From contig SVMK01000002.1 in the NCBI GenBank assembly GCA_015067465.1, positions 175-64,174 on the forward strand: a DNA stretch of 64,000 bases, read 5' to 3'. Of this stretch, positions 23,836 to 33,662 are shown piece after piece. A program made the translations under genes and the position numbers. The notes below the pieces were generated by a model. It was not told the origin of the DNA. It did not search any database and worked only from the letters and a program-made list of their open reading frames with translations. Origin of the DNA: Oscillospiraceae bacterium (GTDB lineage Bacteria > Bacillota > Clostridia > Oscillospirales > Oscillospiraceae). The stretch's first letter is position 1. Each line of letters starts with the position of its first letter.

Positions 23836-24837
23836 ATGCCAAGGTTATCCAACCGAGAAAAAGCGGCGATACTGCTCATCAGCATCGGCAAAACGCACGC
23901 CGCGCAGATATACAAGTCCCTTTCCGAGGAAGAAATCGCGACGCTCACGCTGGCGATTACCACCACCAAGAGCGTTACCAAGGAAGACCGCGAGGCGGTC
24001 ATGAACGAATTCTACGAAACCTGCGTTGCGCAGAAATTTATCACCGAGGGCGGTATCGACTATGCCCGCGGCGTTCTGAACAAGGCGCTGGGCGACGAAA
24101 AGGCCAACGAGATCATGGAAAAACTCACCGACTCCCTCCAGGTGAGACCGTTTGAGTTTATCCGCCGTGCCGACCCGACGCAGATCGTGCACCTGATCTC
24201 CCGCGAAAACCCGCAGACGATTGCGATGATTCTCTCTTACCTGCCTGCGCAGAAGGCTTCCCAGGTGCTTGTGGAGCTGGACGATTTTCTGCAGGTTGAG
24301 GTTGTTAAGCGCATGGCGAATATGGAAAGCGTGATCCCGGAATTCATCCGCGAGGCGGAAATGGTTCTGGAGCAGCGTCTGGCGCAGATGGGCACCACCG
24401 ACCAGACCGCGATCGGCGGCATCGACTCCGTCGTTCAGATGATCAGCAACGTCGACCGAGCAACGGAGCGCAACATCCTCGAAACCCTCGACATGACGGA
24501 CACCGACCTGGCGGAGGAAATCCGCAAGCACATGTTCGTGTTCGAGGATATGATCAAGCTTTCCCCGCAGTCTGTGCAGCGTGTGCTTAAAGACGTTGAG
24601 CAGAGCGATCTTATCATTGCCCTCAAGGGTGCCGGCGATGACGTGAAGAAGTTTATCCTGAGCAACGTCAGTAAGCATCAGCAGGAAATGATTCTCGACG
24701 ACCTCGAGGTTATGGGCCCGCTCAAGCGGCGTGACGTGGAAGACGCACAGCAGAAGATTGTCAACGTTGTCCGTTCGCTCGACGACAGCGGCGAGATTGT
24801 GATTTCCAGAGGAGACGGTTCGGATGTCGTCCTTTAA
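23836..24837 (+). CDS. fliG: flagellar motor switch protein FliG
   Basis: 333 aa. KAAILLISIG, the FEDM(I)KL region and the C-terminal torque-helix region are typical of FliG. Confidence 0.93.
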   Translation: MPRLSNREKAAILLISIGKTHAAQIYKSLSEEEIATLTLAITTTKSVTKEDREAVMNEFYETCVAQKFITEGGIDYARGVLNKALGDEKANEIMEKLTDSLQVRPFEFIRRADPTQIVHLISRENPQTIAMILSYLPAQKASQVLVELDDFLQVEVVKRMANMESVIPEFIREAEMVLEQRLAQMGTTDQTAIGGIDSVVQMISNVDRATERNILETLDMTDTDLAEEIRKHMFVFEDMIKLSPQSVQRVLKDVEQSDLIIALKGAGDDVKKFILSNVSKHQQEMILDDLEVMGPLKRRDVEDAQQKIVNVVRSLDDSGEIVISRGDGSDVVL

Positions 24838-25666
24838 GTCCTTCAGAGTTGAGCGCGAGCGCGTAACCGTTTACGAAAAGGCGGTTGCCGTCGGCGCGCC
24901 GGAAGAGATCGCAAAAGCGGCGGAACTTGCGCACGCGCGCGCGGAAGCGGCGCAGCGGGAGCGGGAAAACCCCGCGTCCGTGAGCGATGCGCGCGTGGAA
25001 ACCGCGCTGGCGAAGGCGGAAGCCCTGCGCGAGGAAGCGCGGAAGACGCTGCAAAACGCCGAAGCGGAAGCTGCCGGCATGCTGGAGCAGGCACGCGCCG
25101 AGATTGCCCGTCTGCGCACGGAGGCCGAACTGGATAACCGCCGCGCTTTCGAAGTTGAGCGCGAGCGCGGCTACACCGAGGGCATGCGTCAGGCCTATGA
25201 GGAAAACGCTGCCCGCAAAAAGCAGGAAGCAGCGGAGCTGGAAAAGATGATGACGGATATTCGCCGCGAGCGCGTTGAAGTGATCGAATCCCTCCGCGGA
25301 GAAATCATAGAGCTGGTTATCGACATCGCGGAACGTGTGATGAACCTCAAACTGGAAGAATCGGACGAGGCGTTTTTGAACGTGCTCAACACCGAGCTTT
25401 CCAAGATCAAGCAGAGCGAGTCGGTCACCATCAGTTTGAGCACGGAAGACTACATACGCTACTTTTTCGGCACCTCCGATCCGAGGGAAGTGCTGGGAGA
25501 CCGCGAAGTTCGCATCATAGAGAACAAATCTTTCAGCCCGGGCGACTGCATCATTGAAAGCGAGTCGGAGATTGTCGATTGCGGCATCACGGGCCAGCTC
25601 AAGCGGATTGAGCAGATGCTTCTGGACGAAGAGGAGGCAACGGCGACGGATGGAGCCGATCAGTGA
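24824..25666 (+). CDS. fliH: flagellar assembly protein FliH
   Basis: 280 aa with a Glu/Ala/Arg-rich coiled coil followed by a FliH C-terminal domain. Overlaps fliG and fliI, as is usual for this gene. Confidence 0.8.
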   Translation: MSSFKSFRVERERVTVYEKAVAVGAPEEIAKAAELAHARAEAAQRERENPASVSDARVETALAKAEALREEARKTLQNAEAEAAGMLEQARAEIARLRTEAELDNRRAFEVERERGYTEGMRQAYEENAARKKQEAAELEKMMTDIRRERVEVIESLRGEIIELVIDIAERVMNLKLEESDEAFLNVLNTELSKIKQSESVTISLSTEDYIRYFFGTSDPREVLGDREVRIIENKSFSPGDCIIESESEIVDCGITGQLKRIEQMLLDEEEATATDGADQ

Positions 25667-26972
25667 TTTGCTGGCACGCTGCCGGGAAAAAGTCAGAAAC
25701 GCCGAAACGGTGGAATACAGCGGCAAGGTGGTCAAGGTTGTCGGACTGACCGTGGAATCAAACGGTCCGGTCGTCAACATGGGCGACATGTGCCGCATCT
25801 ACGCATCGGAAGGCGACAACTGCGTCGATGCGGAAGTTGTCGGATTCAAGGACCAGCGAGTGCAGCTCATGCCCTTTGGCGACATGACCGGTATCGGTTT
25901 CGGCAGCCGCGTGGTTTCCACCCACAAAACCCTGTCCGTTCCGGTGTCCCACGACCTGATCGGGCGCGTGCTGGACGCGCTGGGCAGACCGATGGACGGC
26001 GGCGAGCCGATTGCGGAAGCAGCGCACTATCCCGTCAACAATGTCCCTCCCAACCCGCTCGCGCGCGCGCGCATACACGATATCTTCCCGCTCGGCGTTC
26101 GCGCGATTGACGGACTGATCACCGCCGGACGCGGTCAGCGTCTCGGCATATTCGCCGGTTCGGGCGTCGGCAAAAGTACGCTGCTGGGCATGATCGCGAG
26201 AAATGCCGTGGCGGACCTGAACGTGATCGTCCTCGTCGGCGAACGTGGCCGCGAGGTGAACGACTTTATCGAGCACGACCTCGGCCCGGAGGGCCTGAAG
26301 AAATCCATCCTGGTTGTAGCAACCAGTGACCAGCCCGCGCTGCTGCGCGTGAAGGCCCCGCTTGTGGGAACGAGCATTGCGGAGTATTTCAGAGACCAGG
26401 GCTACAACGTGCTGCTGCTGATGGACTCCCTGACCCGCTTTGCGCTGGCCCAGCGCGACGTGGGCATGGCGGTCGGCGAGCCGCCGATCTCCCGCGGCTA
26501 CACCCCCACGGTTTACTCCGTTTTGCCCAAGCTGCTTGAGCGCTCCGGCTCAACGGACAAGGGCACCATCACCGGACTGTACACGGTGCTTGTTGAAGGC
26601 GACGACATGAACGAACCCATTGCCGACACGGCGCGAGGCATTCTCGACGGCCACATCGTTTTGTCCCGTGCGCTTGCAAGCTCCAACCACTACCCCGCGA
26701 TCGACGTTCTGCAGAGCGTCAGCCGTCTGATGAGCGGCATTGTCACTCCGGAACACCGTGCGCAGGCCGGCATGATCCGAAACGCAATGGCAACTTACAA
26801 CACCTCGAAGGATCTCATCCAGATCGGCGCCTACAAGGCGGGCACCGACCCCGAGATCGACAAGGCGATCATTCTGAACCCGAAGATTAACAAATTCCTC
26901 TGCCAGATGACGGACGAGTCACCGACGTTTGAGGAGGTCGTGAACGACCTGATGGCCATTCGGGCCGATTGA
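25650..26972 (+). CDS. fliI: flagellum-specific ATPase FliI
   Basis: Walker A GSGVGKST, Walker B LLLMDSLTR, and the N-terminal GKVVKVVGLTVES. Start re-set from 25554 to the ATG at 25650. Confidence 0.93.
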   Translation: MEPISDLLARCREKVRNAETVEYSGKVVKVVGLTVESNGPVVNMGDMCRIYASEGDNCVDAEVVGFKDQRVQLMPFGDMTGIGFGSRVVSTHKTLSVPVSHDLIGRVLDALGRPMDGGEPIAEAAHYPVNNVPPNPLARARIHDIFPLGVRAIDGLITAGRGQRLGIFAGSGVGKSTLLGMIARNAVADLNVIVLVGERGREVNDFIEHDLGPEGLKKSILVVATSDQPALLRVKAPLVGTSIAEYFRDQGYNVLLLMDSLTRFALAQRDVGMAVGEPPISRGYTPTVYSVLPKLLERSGSTDKGTITGLYTVLVEGDDMNEPIADTARGILDGHIVLSRALASSNHYPAIDVLQSVSRLMSGIVTPEHRAQAGMIRNAMATYNTSKDLIQIGAYKAGTDPEIDKAIILNPKINKFLCQMTDESPTFEEVVNDLMAIRAD

Positions 26973-26984
26973 GGAGGCGCTTAA

Positions 26985-27443
26985 ATGAGCAAGTTCAAAT
27001 TCTCGATGCAGTCGATGCTGAAGCTGCGCGAAGCCGAAGAAAAGCAGTCCAAAATCGAACTGGCCGCCGCCACGGCGGAGGTTACGCGGCTGGAAACCAA
27101 CCTTGCCGGCGTGATTTCGAGACTGGAGAAGGAAACGGCTGCGTTTGAAGAAAAGCAGCGCCGGGGCATCAGCGCGGGAGACTACCGCAGCGCCTGCGAC
27201 TATTTCGATTCCCTCCATGAGCTGATCGAGCGAATCCGGGAGGAGATTGCAAGCGCGATTGAACTGCAGCGCCAGAAACAGTATGAACTGCAGGAAATCT
27301 ACAAGGACAAGAAAACGCTGGAGCGCCTTCGCGAGGAACAATACCGCGAATTCCTGAAGGAAGAGGGCGTGAAGGAAGCGAAATCACTGGAAGACATTCT
27401 CATGCCGACGATCGTCGGAACAGTGTCGGAGGACATTGCCTGA
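26985..27443 (+). CDS. fliJ: flagellar export protein FliJ
   Basis: 152 aa coiled coil starting FKFSMQSMLKLRE. Position after fliI. Confidence 0.8.
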   Translation: MSKFKFSMQSMLKLREAEEKQSKIELAAATAEVTRLETNLAGVISRLEKETAAFEEKQRRGISAGDYRSACDYFDSLHELIERIREEIASAIELQRQKQYELQEIYKDKKTLERLREEQYREFLKEEGVKEAKSLEDILMPTIVGTVSEDIA

Positions 27444-27481
27444 CGGGAAACTGAGCGCGGCGGAAGGAGAGAGAAAGCACG

Positions 27482-28159
27482 ATGGCGGACGATAAGTTCA
27501 ACGCAGCCTTTGCCCCGAAAAAAAGCGGCGGCAGCCCTGCTGCGGCGGCCAATAAAGCTCCGGCAAAGGCGGATGCGAGATCCGATCCGAAAGCTGACGC
27601 GAAGGCCGCGCGCAAAGCGAAGAAAAAGCGCTCGCGCAAGGTTTTGATGCTGTGCCTGCTGATCATCGCCATTCTGCTCGGCGGCGCGGGTTACGCGCTT
27701 TACCGCATCGGCATGCTCGACCCCATTCTGGTGGCGGTGGGCATGATGCCGAGCCCGGAGGAACTCTCGATCGAAGAGCGGCAGAGCCGACTCGACAAGC
27801 TGGAGATCGAATACGCGGCGCGCGGCGCGGCGCTTGATGAGCGCGAGGAAGCGGTTGAGCGCAGGGAAAAATCCCTCCGGCTGCGTGAAGAAGAGATTGA
27901 GCGGCGCGAAAGCGCGCAGACGAGCTTCGTCGATGTGATGACGGAAACCTCGCCCGAACAGCTGGACGCGCTGAAAAAAGTGAGCAAAATCTGCAACCAG
28001 ATGTCCGCGGAGGACGCAGTCGGAATTGTGCAGAATCTTGCCAATGCCGACGAGATTGCACTGGTTGTTTACCACATGACCGAAGAAAAAGCGGCGCAGC
28101 TGCTTACCCTGCTTCCGCAGGTTACGGCTGCAAAGGTGCTGTCGCTGATTATCGACTGA
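27482..28159 (+). CDS. YlxF/MotE-like flagellar protein with an MgtE-N-like domain
   Basis: 225 aa with a Lys-rich N-terminus, one TM segment, a coiled coil and a C-terminal MSAEDAVGIVQNL...EEKAAQLLTLL segment. Canonical ylxF position between fliJ and fliK. Confidence 0.65.
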   Translation: MADDKFNAAFAPKKSGGSPAAAANKAPAKADARSDPKADAKAARKAKKKRSRKVLMLCLLIIAILLGGAGYALYRIGMLDPILVAVGMMPSPEELSIEERQSRLDKLEIEYAARGAALDEREEAVERREKSLRLREEEIERRESAQTSFVDVMTETSPEQLDALKKVSKICNQMSAEDAVGIVQNLANADEIALVVYHMTEEKAAQLLTLLPQVTAAKVLSLIID

Positions 28160-28203
28160 CAGCGCATAAACCGACATGAAACGACAGAAAGGGTGGATGC
28201 AGT

Positions 28204-29538
28204 TTGCAGGGAATTATGCAGCTCGGGATCCCGGTGGTCCCGGTAATGGAAAAAACCGAAATACCGGATTCTTCCGCTTCCGGCAGCAAGTTCTCCGATG
28301 CGCTTGAAAAAGCGTCGGGAACGACGGACAAGCGCTCCGGCGCTGTGGGAAGCGAAAAGGAAAATACATCATCCGCCGTGAAAGAAAAACCCGCGGCTGC
28401 GGAGCAGAGCCAAACGGATGAAGAGCCTGCGGCCGAGGAAACCGAAAGCACCGAATGCCCCGCGGAAATGCTGACGCTGGACCTGCTGTTCGGCACCGAA
28501 ATCACACAGGTGGTGACGGCGGAAACGTCTGCGGCGCAGCCGGTTGAGGGCTTGACCGTGACGGCGGAGGCGCTTCCGGAGCAGATGCAGACCGAGGCGG
28601 CGGAAACCCCGCTGCCGGTTGAACAGCCTGCGGAGGCAGAGGTGATCGCGGTCGGCACGGAAGTTACGATCACGGAGTCTGCGCCCGCGCAGGCACAAAC
28701 GGCGGAGCTGCCGGATGCGACGGAATTTATGAAAACGATCCGCGAGCGGCTTGAGCAGGATCTTGCGACGGCGAAAGCCGTTGGCGAGCCTGCCGACACC
28801 GAAACGGCAACTGTCGAAACGGCAACTGTCGAAACGGTAACCGCGGAAGCGGTGACTGCGGCGCCGGATGCGGCGGAAGCGGAAACCGCCGGACAAAGCG
28901 GCACGGACGGCAGCGCAGCTGCGGCGGAAAGCTTTGCGGAACTGCTTGGCGGCGAGCGCAGCGAAAAAACGGAGTTTGTCCCCGCGCCGGAACTGCAGGT
29001 TCTGCAGACGCTGGCGCAGACGGCGGAGCCAATCGTGGCGAAGCTTGACCCCATGGAGCTTACGCAGGCGATCAGCAAGGCGATGGACAGCATGACGGCG
29101 GATCTGCAGAGCATCGATATTCAGCCGTCCGAGATCACCATCGCGCTGGATCCGGAGGAACTCGGCTCCATCACAATCACCATCTCCTCGGAAGAAAACC
29201 ATCTGACCGCCAAGATCACCACCAGCAACAAAGAGGCGGCGGATCTTCTCTCCTCGCAGCTGGATCACTACATCCAGACCATGCAGGAAAAGGGCGTGAA
29301 GGTTGACAAGGCGGAAGTTGCCTACAACCAGCTCGATCAGGACGGAAGTTCCCGGAACGGACGCGACCGCGATCCGCAGCACCGGCACCGCACGGCGGAA
29401 TTCCGCATAGACGGAATTGAGCGCGCAGAGCGCAGCGAGGGCACGGTTCCCGAAGCGCCGACGGCGATGCGCGACGTGTATGAGCGCGGCGCGGACGATA
29501 CGATCGAGGACGTTTACGTGCCCGGTTACAGAGTTTAG
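28204..29538 (+). CDS. fliK: flagellar hook-length control protein FliK
   Basis: The C-terminal Flg_hook domain reads ITIALDPEELGSITITISSEENHLTAKITTSNKEAADLL. The remainder is acidic Thr/Ala/Glu-rich low complexity. TTG start at 28204 or ATG at 28216. Confidence 0.8.
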   Translation: MQGIMQLGIPVVPVMEKTEIPDSSASGSKFSDALEKASGTTDKRSGAVGSEKENTSSAVKEKPAAAEQSQTDEEPAAEETESTECPAEMLTLDLLFGTEITQVVTAETSAAQPVEGLTVTAEALPEQMQTEAAETPLPVEQPAEAEVIAVGTEVTITESAPAQAQTAELPDATEFMKTIRERLEQDLATAKAVGEPADTETATVETATVETVTAEAVTAAPDAAEAETAGQSGTDGSAAAAESFAELLGGERSEKTEFVPAPELQVLQTLAQTAEPIVAKLDPMELTQAISKAMDSMTADLQSIDIQPSEITIALDPEELGSITITISSEENHLTAKITTSNKEAADLLSSQLDHYIQTMQEKGVKVDKAEVAYNQLDQDGSSRNGRDRDPQHRHRTAEFRIDGIERAERSEGTVPEAPTAMRDVYERGADDTIEDVYVPGYRV

Positions 29539-29549
29539 GAGGCGACACA

Positions 29550-30119
29550 ATGGGAACTGAAGCAATCGGCGGAAGCGGCGGCATTCACTATGTCGCAAAC
29601 GCGTCCGACAAGAAAAAAGCCAATAATATGGACCTGAATGCCGAAACCTTTATGACGCTTCTGATCGCGCAGATGCAGTATCAGGATCCGCTCGAGCCGC
29701 AGAGCAACACCGACTTTGTTGCCCAGCTCGCCCAGCTCACCTCGCTGGAACAGATGCAGACGATGAACAGCTCGCTGACCACCAGTCAGGCGATGGGGTT
29801 TGTCGGCAAGGAGATCTACGCCGAAATCCTCAACTCCGAAACCGGCGTGACGGAAGCGTATGCCGGCATCGTGGAGAGCGTGATCATGCAAAGCGGTTCG
29901 GTTTACGTTGTAACGGACGGCAACGCTATCCCCGTGGAAAACGTTCTGATGGTGTCCGACGTTCCTGCGGTGCAGACACCGCAGATCCCCCAGACGCCGC
30001 AGCAGCCCACGCTGCCGGAGGACGCGGTGAACCCCGAGGTTCAGCCCGAACCCGGCGACACGCCCGAAACGCCCGAAGAGCCCGAACAGTCCGGAACGGA
30101 CGCGGCAGAGGGCGTCTGA
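29550..30119 (+). CDS. flgD: flagellar hook capping/assembly protein FlgD
   Basis: FMTLLIAQMQYQDPLEP and FVAQLAQLTSLEQ motifs. Confidence 0.88.
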   Translation: MGTEAIGGSGGIHYVANASDKKKANNMDLNAETFMTLLIAQMQYQDPLEPQSNTDFVAQLAQLTSLEQMQTMNSSLTTSQAMGFVGKEIYAEILNSETGVTEAYAGIVESVIMQSGSVYVVTDGNAIPVENVLMVSDVPAVQTPQIPQTPQQPTLPEDAVNPEVQPEPGDTPETPEEPEQSGTDAAEGV

Positions 30120-30248
30120 CAGGACCCACGCAATCCCGCGTGCGGGGCGTTCCCGTCCGCGGAAAAAACAAAACTATCAGAAGCCGGCGAAAGCCCGGCG
30201 TTGCCTGCAAAGTCAGGATATATTTAACGAACAGGAGAGAATACGACT

Positions 30249-31145
30249 ATGATGCGTTCGCTTTTTTCCGGAGTTTCCGGTCTCAAAAGTCACCAGACAG
30301 CGATGGACGTAATCGGTAACAACATCGCAAACGTGAACTCTACGGCCTTCAAGGCCAACCGCGTGGTTTTCTGCGACCTCGTGCGCCAGACCATCAGCGA
30401 GGCTTCCGCACCTACGGATAACAACGGCGGCCAGAACGCCAAGCAGGTCGGTCTCGGCGCTTCCATCTCCGCCATCGCGCAGGACATGACCGAAGGCAGC
30501 TCCCAGCACACCGACGCCCCGCTGGACTTCAAGATCTCCGGCGAAGGCTACTTCGTGGTGCAGGGCGTTGACGGCTACCTCTACACCCGCAACGGCAACT
30601 TCGCGCTGGACGCGCAGGGCTATCTGGTCACCCAAAGCGGCGAATATGTGATGGGCGTTGTCAGCAACATTGCCAACGACATTGCCGACGACACCGACAC
30701 TAAAAGCCTGAATGCAGACTTAAACGACAATACTCGCCAATTGAAAAAAATCCAGATGCTCGGTACCGTTCCCGTAGCCGGCGGCGGTACGGAAACTTAC
30801 CTTGACTACGCGGTTGACTCGTATGGTAAAATTACGGTTACGGACGAAGCCGGAGATATCCAGACCATCGGCCGTCTGGCCCTCGCCGTTTTCAACAACA
30901 CCGCCGGCCTTGAGGCACTCGGCAACAGCAAATATTTTCAGACCGCAAACAGCGGCGATCCCGAATACCGTTTCGTGAACGACCACTGCGGCAACATCAA
31001 CTCCGGACAGCTTGAAATGTCCAACGTTTCTCTGGCAACGGAGCTGACGAACATGATCATCGTGCAGCGCGGCTTCCAGGCAAACTCCCGTGTGATCACC
31101 ACTTCCGACACGCTGCTGGAAGAACTGGTGAACCTGAAGCGCTGA
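30249..31145 (+). CDS. flgE: flagellar hook protein FlgE (short form)
   Basis: The N-terminus reads MRSLFSGVSGLKSHQTAMDVIGNNIANVNSTAFK. The C-terminus reads LEMSNVSLATELTNMIIVQRGFQANSRVITTSDTLLEEL. Confidence 0.85.
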   Translation: MMRSLFSGVSGLKSHQTAMDVIGNNIANVNSTAFKANRVVFCDLVRQTISEASAPTDNNGGQNAKQVGLGASISAIAQDMTEGSSQHTDAPLDFKISGEGYFVVQGVDGYLYTRNGNFALDAQGYLVTQSGEYVMGVVSNIANDIADDTDTKSLNADLNDNTRQLKKIQMLGTVPVAGGGTETYLDYAVDSYGKITVTDEAGDIQTIGRLALAVFNNTAGLEALGNSKYFQTANSGDPEYRFVNDHCGNINSGQLEMSNVSLATELTNMIIVQRGFQANSRVITTSDTLLEELVNLKR

Positions 31146-31200
31146 TAAGAGATAAGCCCGGACACGGTTCCCGCAAATTACCATAAGAAAGGAAACCACA

Positions 31201-31425
31201 ATGATTCAGGTGACAAAACTCAACAAACGTGATACATTTTGGATTAACGAAAATCTGATCGAGTTTATTGAAGAAACCCCGGACACTGTTATTTCTTTGG
31301 CAACGGGACGCAAGGTGATTGTTGCGGAATCGGCGGCGACGCTGGCGCAGATGGTGCGCGAGGTTGGCTGTCCCGTACGGAACGCGGCTGCGATTTCCTC
31401 CGACATTTATGTGGAGTCGGATTGA
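31201..31425 (+). CDS. flbD: flagellar protein FlbD
   Basis: 74 aa. MIQVTKLNKRDTFWINENLIEFIEETPDTVISLATGRKV matches the FlbD family. Confidence 0.85.
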   Translation: MIQVTKLNKRDTFWINENLIEFIEETPDTVISLATGRKVIVAESAATLAQMVREVGCPVRNAAAISSDIYVESD

Positions 31426-31506
31426 CCGCTCGGATTTTTCGGTCGGGATACGGCGAATGACCGCGGAGCATAGCTGCGGCCTGAAAAAGATCAGGGAGTT
31501 GACGAA

Positions 31507-32295
31507 GTGAACTTAATTATCGGAATAATCCTCGCCGCAACGAGCGTTGTGGTGACGATTCTCATGAGCGGTGACCTGAAAAGCTTTTGGAGTCTGAGCT
31601 CGGCGTTCATCGTGCTTGGCGGTACCATTTTTTCAACGGTGGCGTCGTTTTCGTTCCCGCAGCTGAAAAGCGCGGTCAAGGCGATCGGCATTGCGTTCCG
31701 CAAGGAAGACGACAATCTGCGCGAAGACATTGATGTGATCATCAACCTTGCCAATATTGCGCGACGCGACGGATTGCTGGCGCTTGAAGAGCTGATGGAC
31801 GAGATGAAAGATCCGTTTATGAAAAAGGCGATCATGCTGGTGGTTGACGGTTCCGACCCCGAGATGATCGAAAGCGTTTTGGACACGGAGCTGCAGGCCA
31901 CCAAGGCGCGCCATGCGGACAACCGCGCGGTGTTTGACGCGGCTGCGGCCTATGCGCCGTCCTACGGTATGGCCGGTACCATCATCGGTCTGATCTGCAT
32001 GCTGCGAAACCTTTCCGATATGGCTTCGCTCGGCCCGTCCATGGCAGTTGCGCTGATCACAACCTTTTACGGCTCGATTTTGGCCAACATTGTGTTCAGC
32101 CCGATGTCCAAGCGCCTGAAAACGCTTGGCGCGCTGGAATACACAAGAAAAGAAATGGTGATTGAGGGCGTGCTTGCCATCGAAAACGGCGAAAACCCGA
32201 GAATCATCAAAGAAAAACTCGAGTCCTTCCTCTCCCGCATGGCGCTGGAAGGCAAGATTAAGGCGCCCGCAGCGGAAACCGGCGAAAAGAGCTGA
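31507..32295 (+). CDS. motA: flagellar stator protein MotA
   Basis: 262 aa with four TM segments. AYAPSYGMAGTIIGLI and ALITTFYGSILANIVF are present. GTG start. Confidence 0.9.
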   Translation: MNLIIGIILAATSVVVTILMSGDLKSFWSLSSAFIVLGGTIFSTVASFSFPQLKSAVKAIGIAFRKEDDNLREDIDVIINLANIARRDGLLALEELMDEMKDPFMKKAIMLVVDGSDPEMIESVLDTELQATKARHADNRAVFDAAAAYAPSYGMAGTIIGLICMLRNLSDMASLGPSMAVALITTFYGSILANIVFSPMSKRLKTLGALEYTRKEMVIEGVLAIENGENPRIIKEKLESFLSRMALEGKIKAPAAETGEKS

Positions 32296-32343
32296 TCGCG
32301 CGGCGCGGCAACAAAAAACGGATCCGAAAGGTGGTGAACGATT

Positions 32344-33147
32344 ATGGCACGCAAGAAAAAGGAAGATCCGATTGAAGAGGGCAGCGGGTACAACTGGATG
32401 GATACATACGGTGACCTTGTTACAAACCTTCTTTGCTTTTTCGTTATGCTGTATGCCTTCTCGTCGGTTGACTCCGCAAAATGGGAAAAGATCGTTCAGG
32501 CCTTTACCGGTGACAGCGGCTCCGCGCCTGTGATGGCGTTTGACATCGGCTTTGCCCGCGAGGAAGCCATCAGCCCCGTTGACCCGATGATCAACTACGA
32601 AAACCGCAGCGAGCAGAGCGACGGCTCAAACCGGGACAAGGTCAACATCGAGGAGAACGAGGAAGAAGCGCGGCTTTCCGGTATTTTCGACAAGCTGTAC
32701 GAAAAGCTGCAGATTTTCATCGCGGAAAACGGTCTGGAAGGCGATATGACGCTGATCCGCGAGGACGATGTGATCACCATACGTTTCGGCGAGGTGTTTC
32801 TGTTTGAGTCCGGCAAGGCGCATCTGAAATACGAGAGTCTGGACCTGCTGGAAAAGATCGTGGCGCTGATCGGAGAAAATGTTGAAGCGATCGAGAAAGT
32901 CGGCATCCAGGGCCATACGGACAATGTTCCGATCCACAGCATGGAATTCAAGAGCAACTGGGAGCTGAGCACGGCGCGCGCCGCGAGCACGCTGCAGAAG
33001 GTGCTGGAATACGGGGCGATCGATCCCAAGTATCTGACGGCTTCCGGCTGCGGGGAATACTGGCCGGTTGACACCAACGAAACCAAAGAGGGCCGTGCGC
33101 GTAACCGGCGCGTGGACTTTGTGATAGAAAAGATCCAGTTTGACTGA
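32344..33147 (+). CDS. motB: flagellar stator protein MotB (OmpA-like C-terminus)
   Basis: WMDTYGDLVTNLLCFFV carries the conserved Asp near the TM segment. The C-terminal OmpA fold shows GHTDNVPI, NWELSTARA and NRRVDFVI. Confidence 0.9.
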   Translation: MARKKKEDPIEEGSGYNWMDTYGDLVTNLLCFFVMLYAFSSVDSAKWEKIVQAFTGDSGSAPVMAFDIGFAREEAISPVDPMINYENRSEQSDGSNRDKVNIEENEEEARLSGIFDKLYEKLQIFIAENGLEGDMTLIREDDVITIRFGEVFLFESGKAHLKYESLDLLEKIVALIGENVEAIEKVGIQGHTDNVPIHSMEFKSNWELSTARAASTLQKVLEYGAIDPKYLTASGCGEYWPVDTNETKEGRARNRRVDFVIEKIQFD

Positions 33148-33191
33148 TTTTTGCGGTTGATTTGACCGTTTTTGACAATGGAGATTTAACT

Positions 33192-33608
33192 ATGAAAAAC
33201 AAGAAGTTGCTTATTATCCTCATCGTGGTGGTGCTGCTTGCCGCCATCGGCGCGGGCATTTATTTCTTCGTCCTCAAAGACGATAAAGAGGAAGACTCCG
33301 CTGAGGTGGTGCCCAGCTATTATCCGCTGGAAAACGCCTTCGTCACCAACGTGAAAGACAGCAACAAGCTGTTTAAAACCACGGTGATTCTGATTGCGGA
33401 CTCCGCCGAGCTGACGGAGCTGATGACGGAAAAGCAGTATGTCATCCGCGACGAGATTCTCTTTATCCTCAGGAGCCTGACGGAAGAGGACATTGCCAGC
33501 CAGGACATTCAGGAACGCCTGAGAGAGCTGATCCCGGCGCGCTTGAACGCAGCGCTCGGAATCGAGAATTTCTACTCGGCAATGTTCAGCGATTTTGTTA
33601 TGCAATAA
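33192..33608 (+). CDS. fliL: flagellar basal-body-associated protein FliL
   Basis: 138 aa from MKNKKLLIILIVVVLL (GGAGA Shine-Dalgarno), with a single TM segment. FVTNVKDSNKLFKTTVIL and IRDEILFILRS are typical of FliL. Confidence 0.8.
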   Translation: MKNKKLLIILIVVVLLAAIGAGIYFFVLKDDKEEDSAEVVPSYYPLENAFVTNVKDSNKLFKTTVILIADSAELTELMTEKQYVIRDEILFILRSLTEEDIASQDIQERLRELIPARLNAALGIENFYSAMFSDFVMQ

Positions 33609-33662
33609 GCAATAAGCAGCCTGTAAAGGCATAATCTTACAAGCGGAGGAGGTGAACGAACC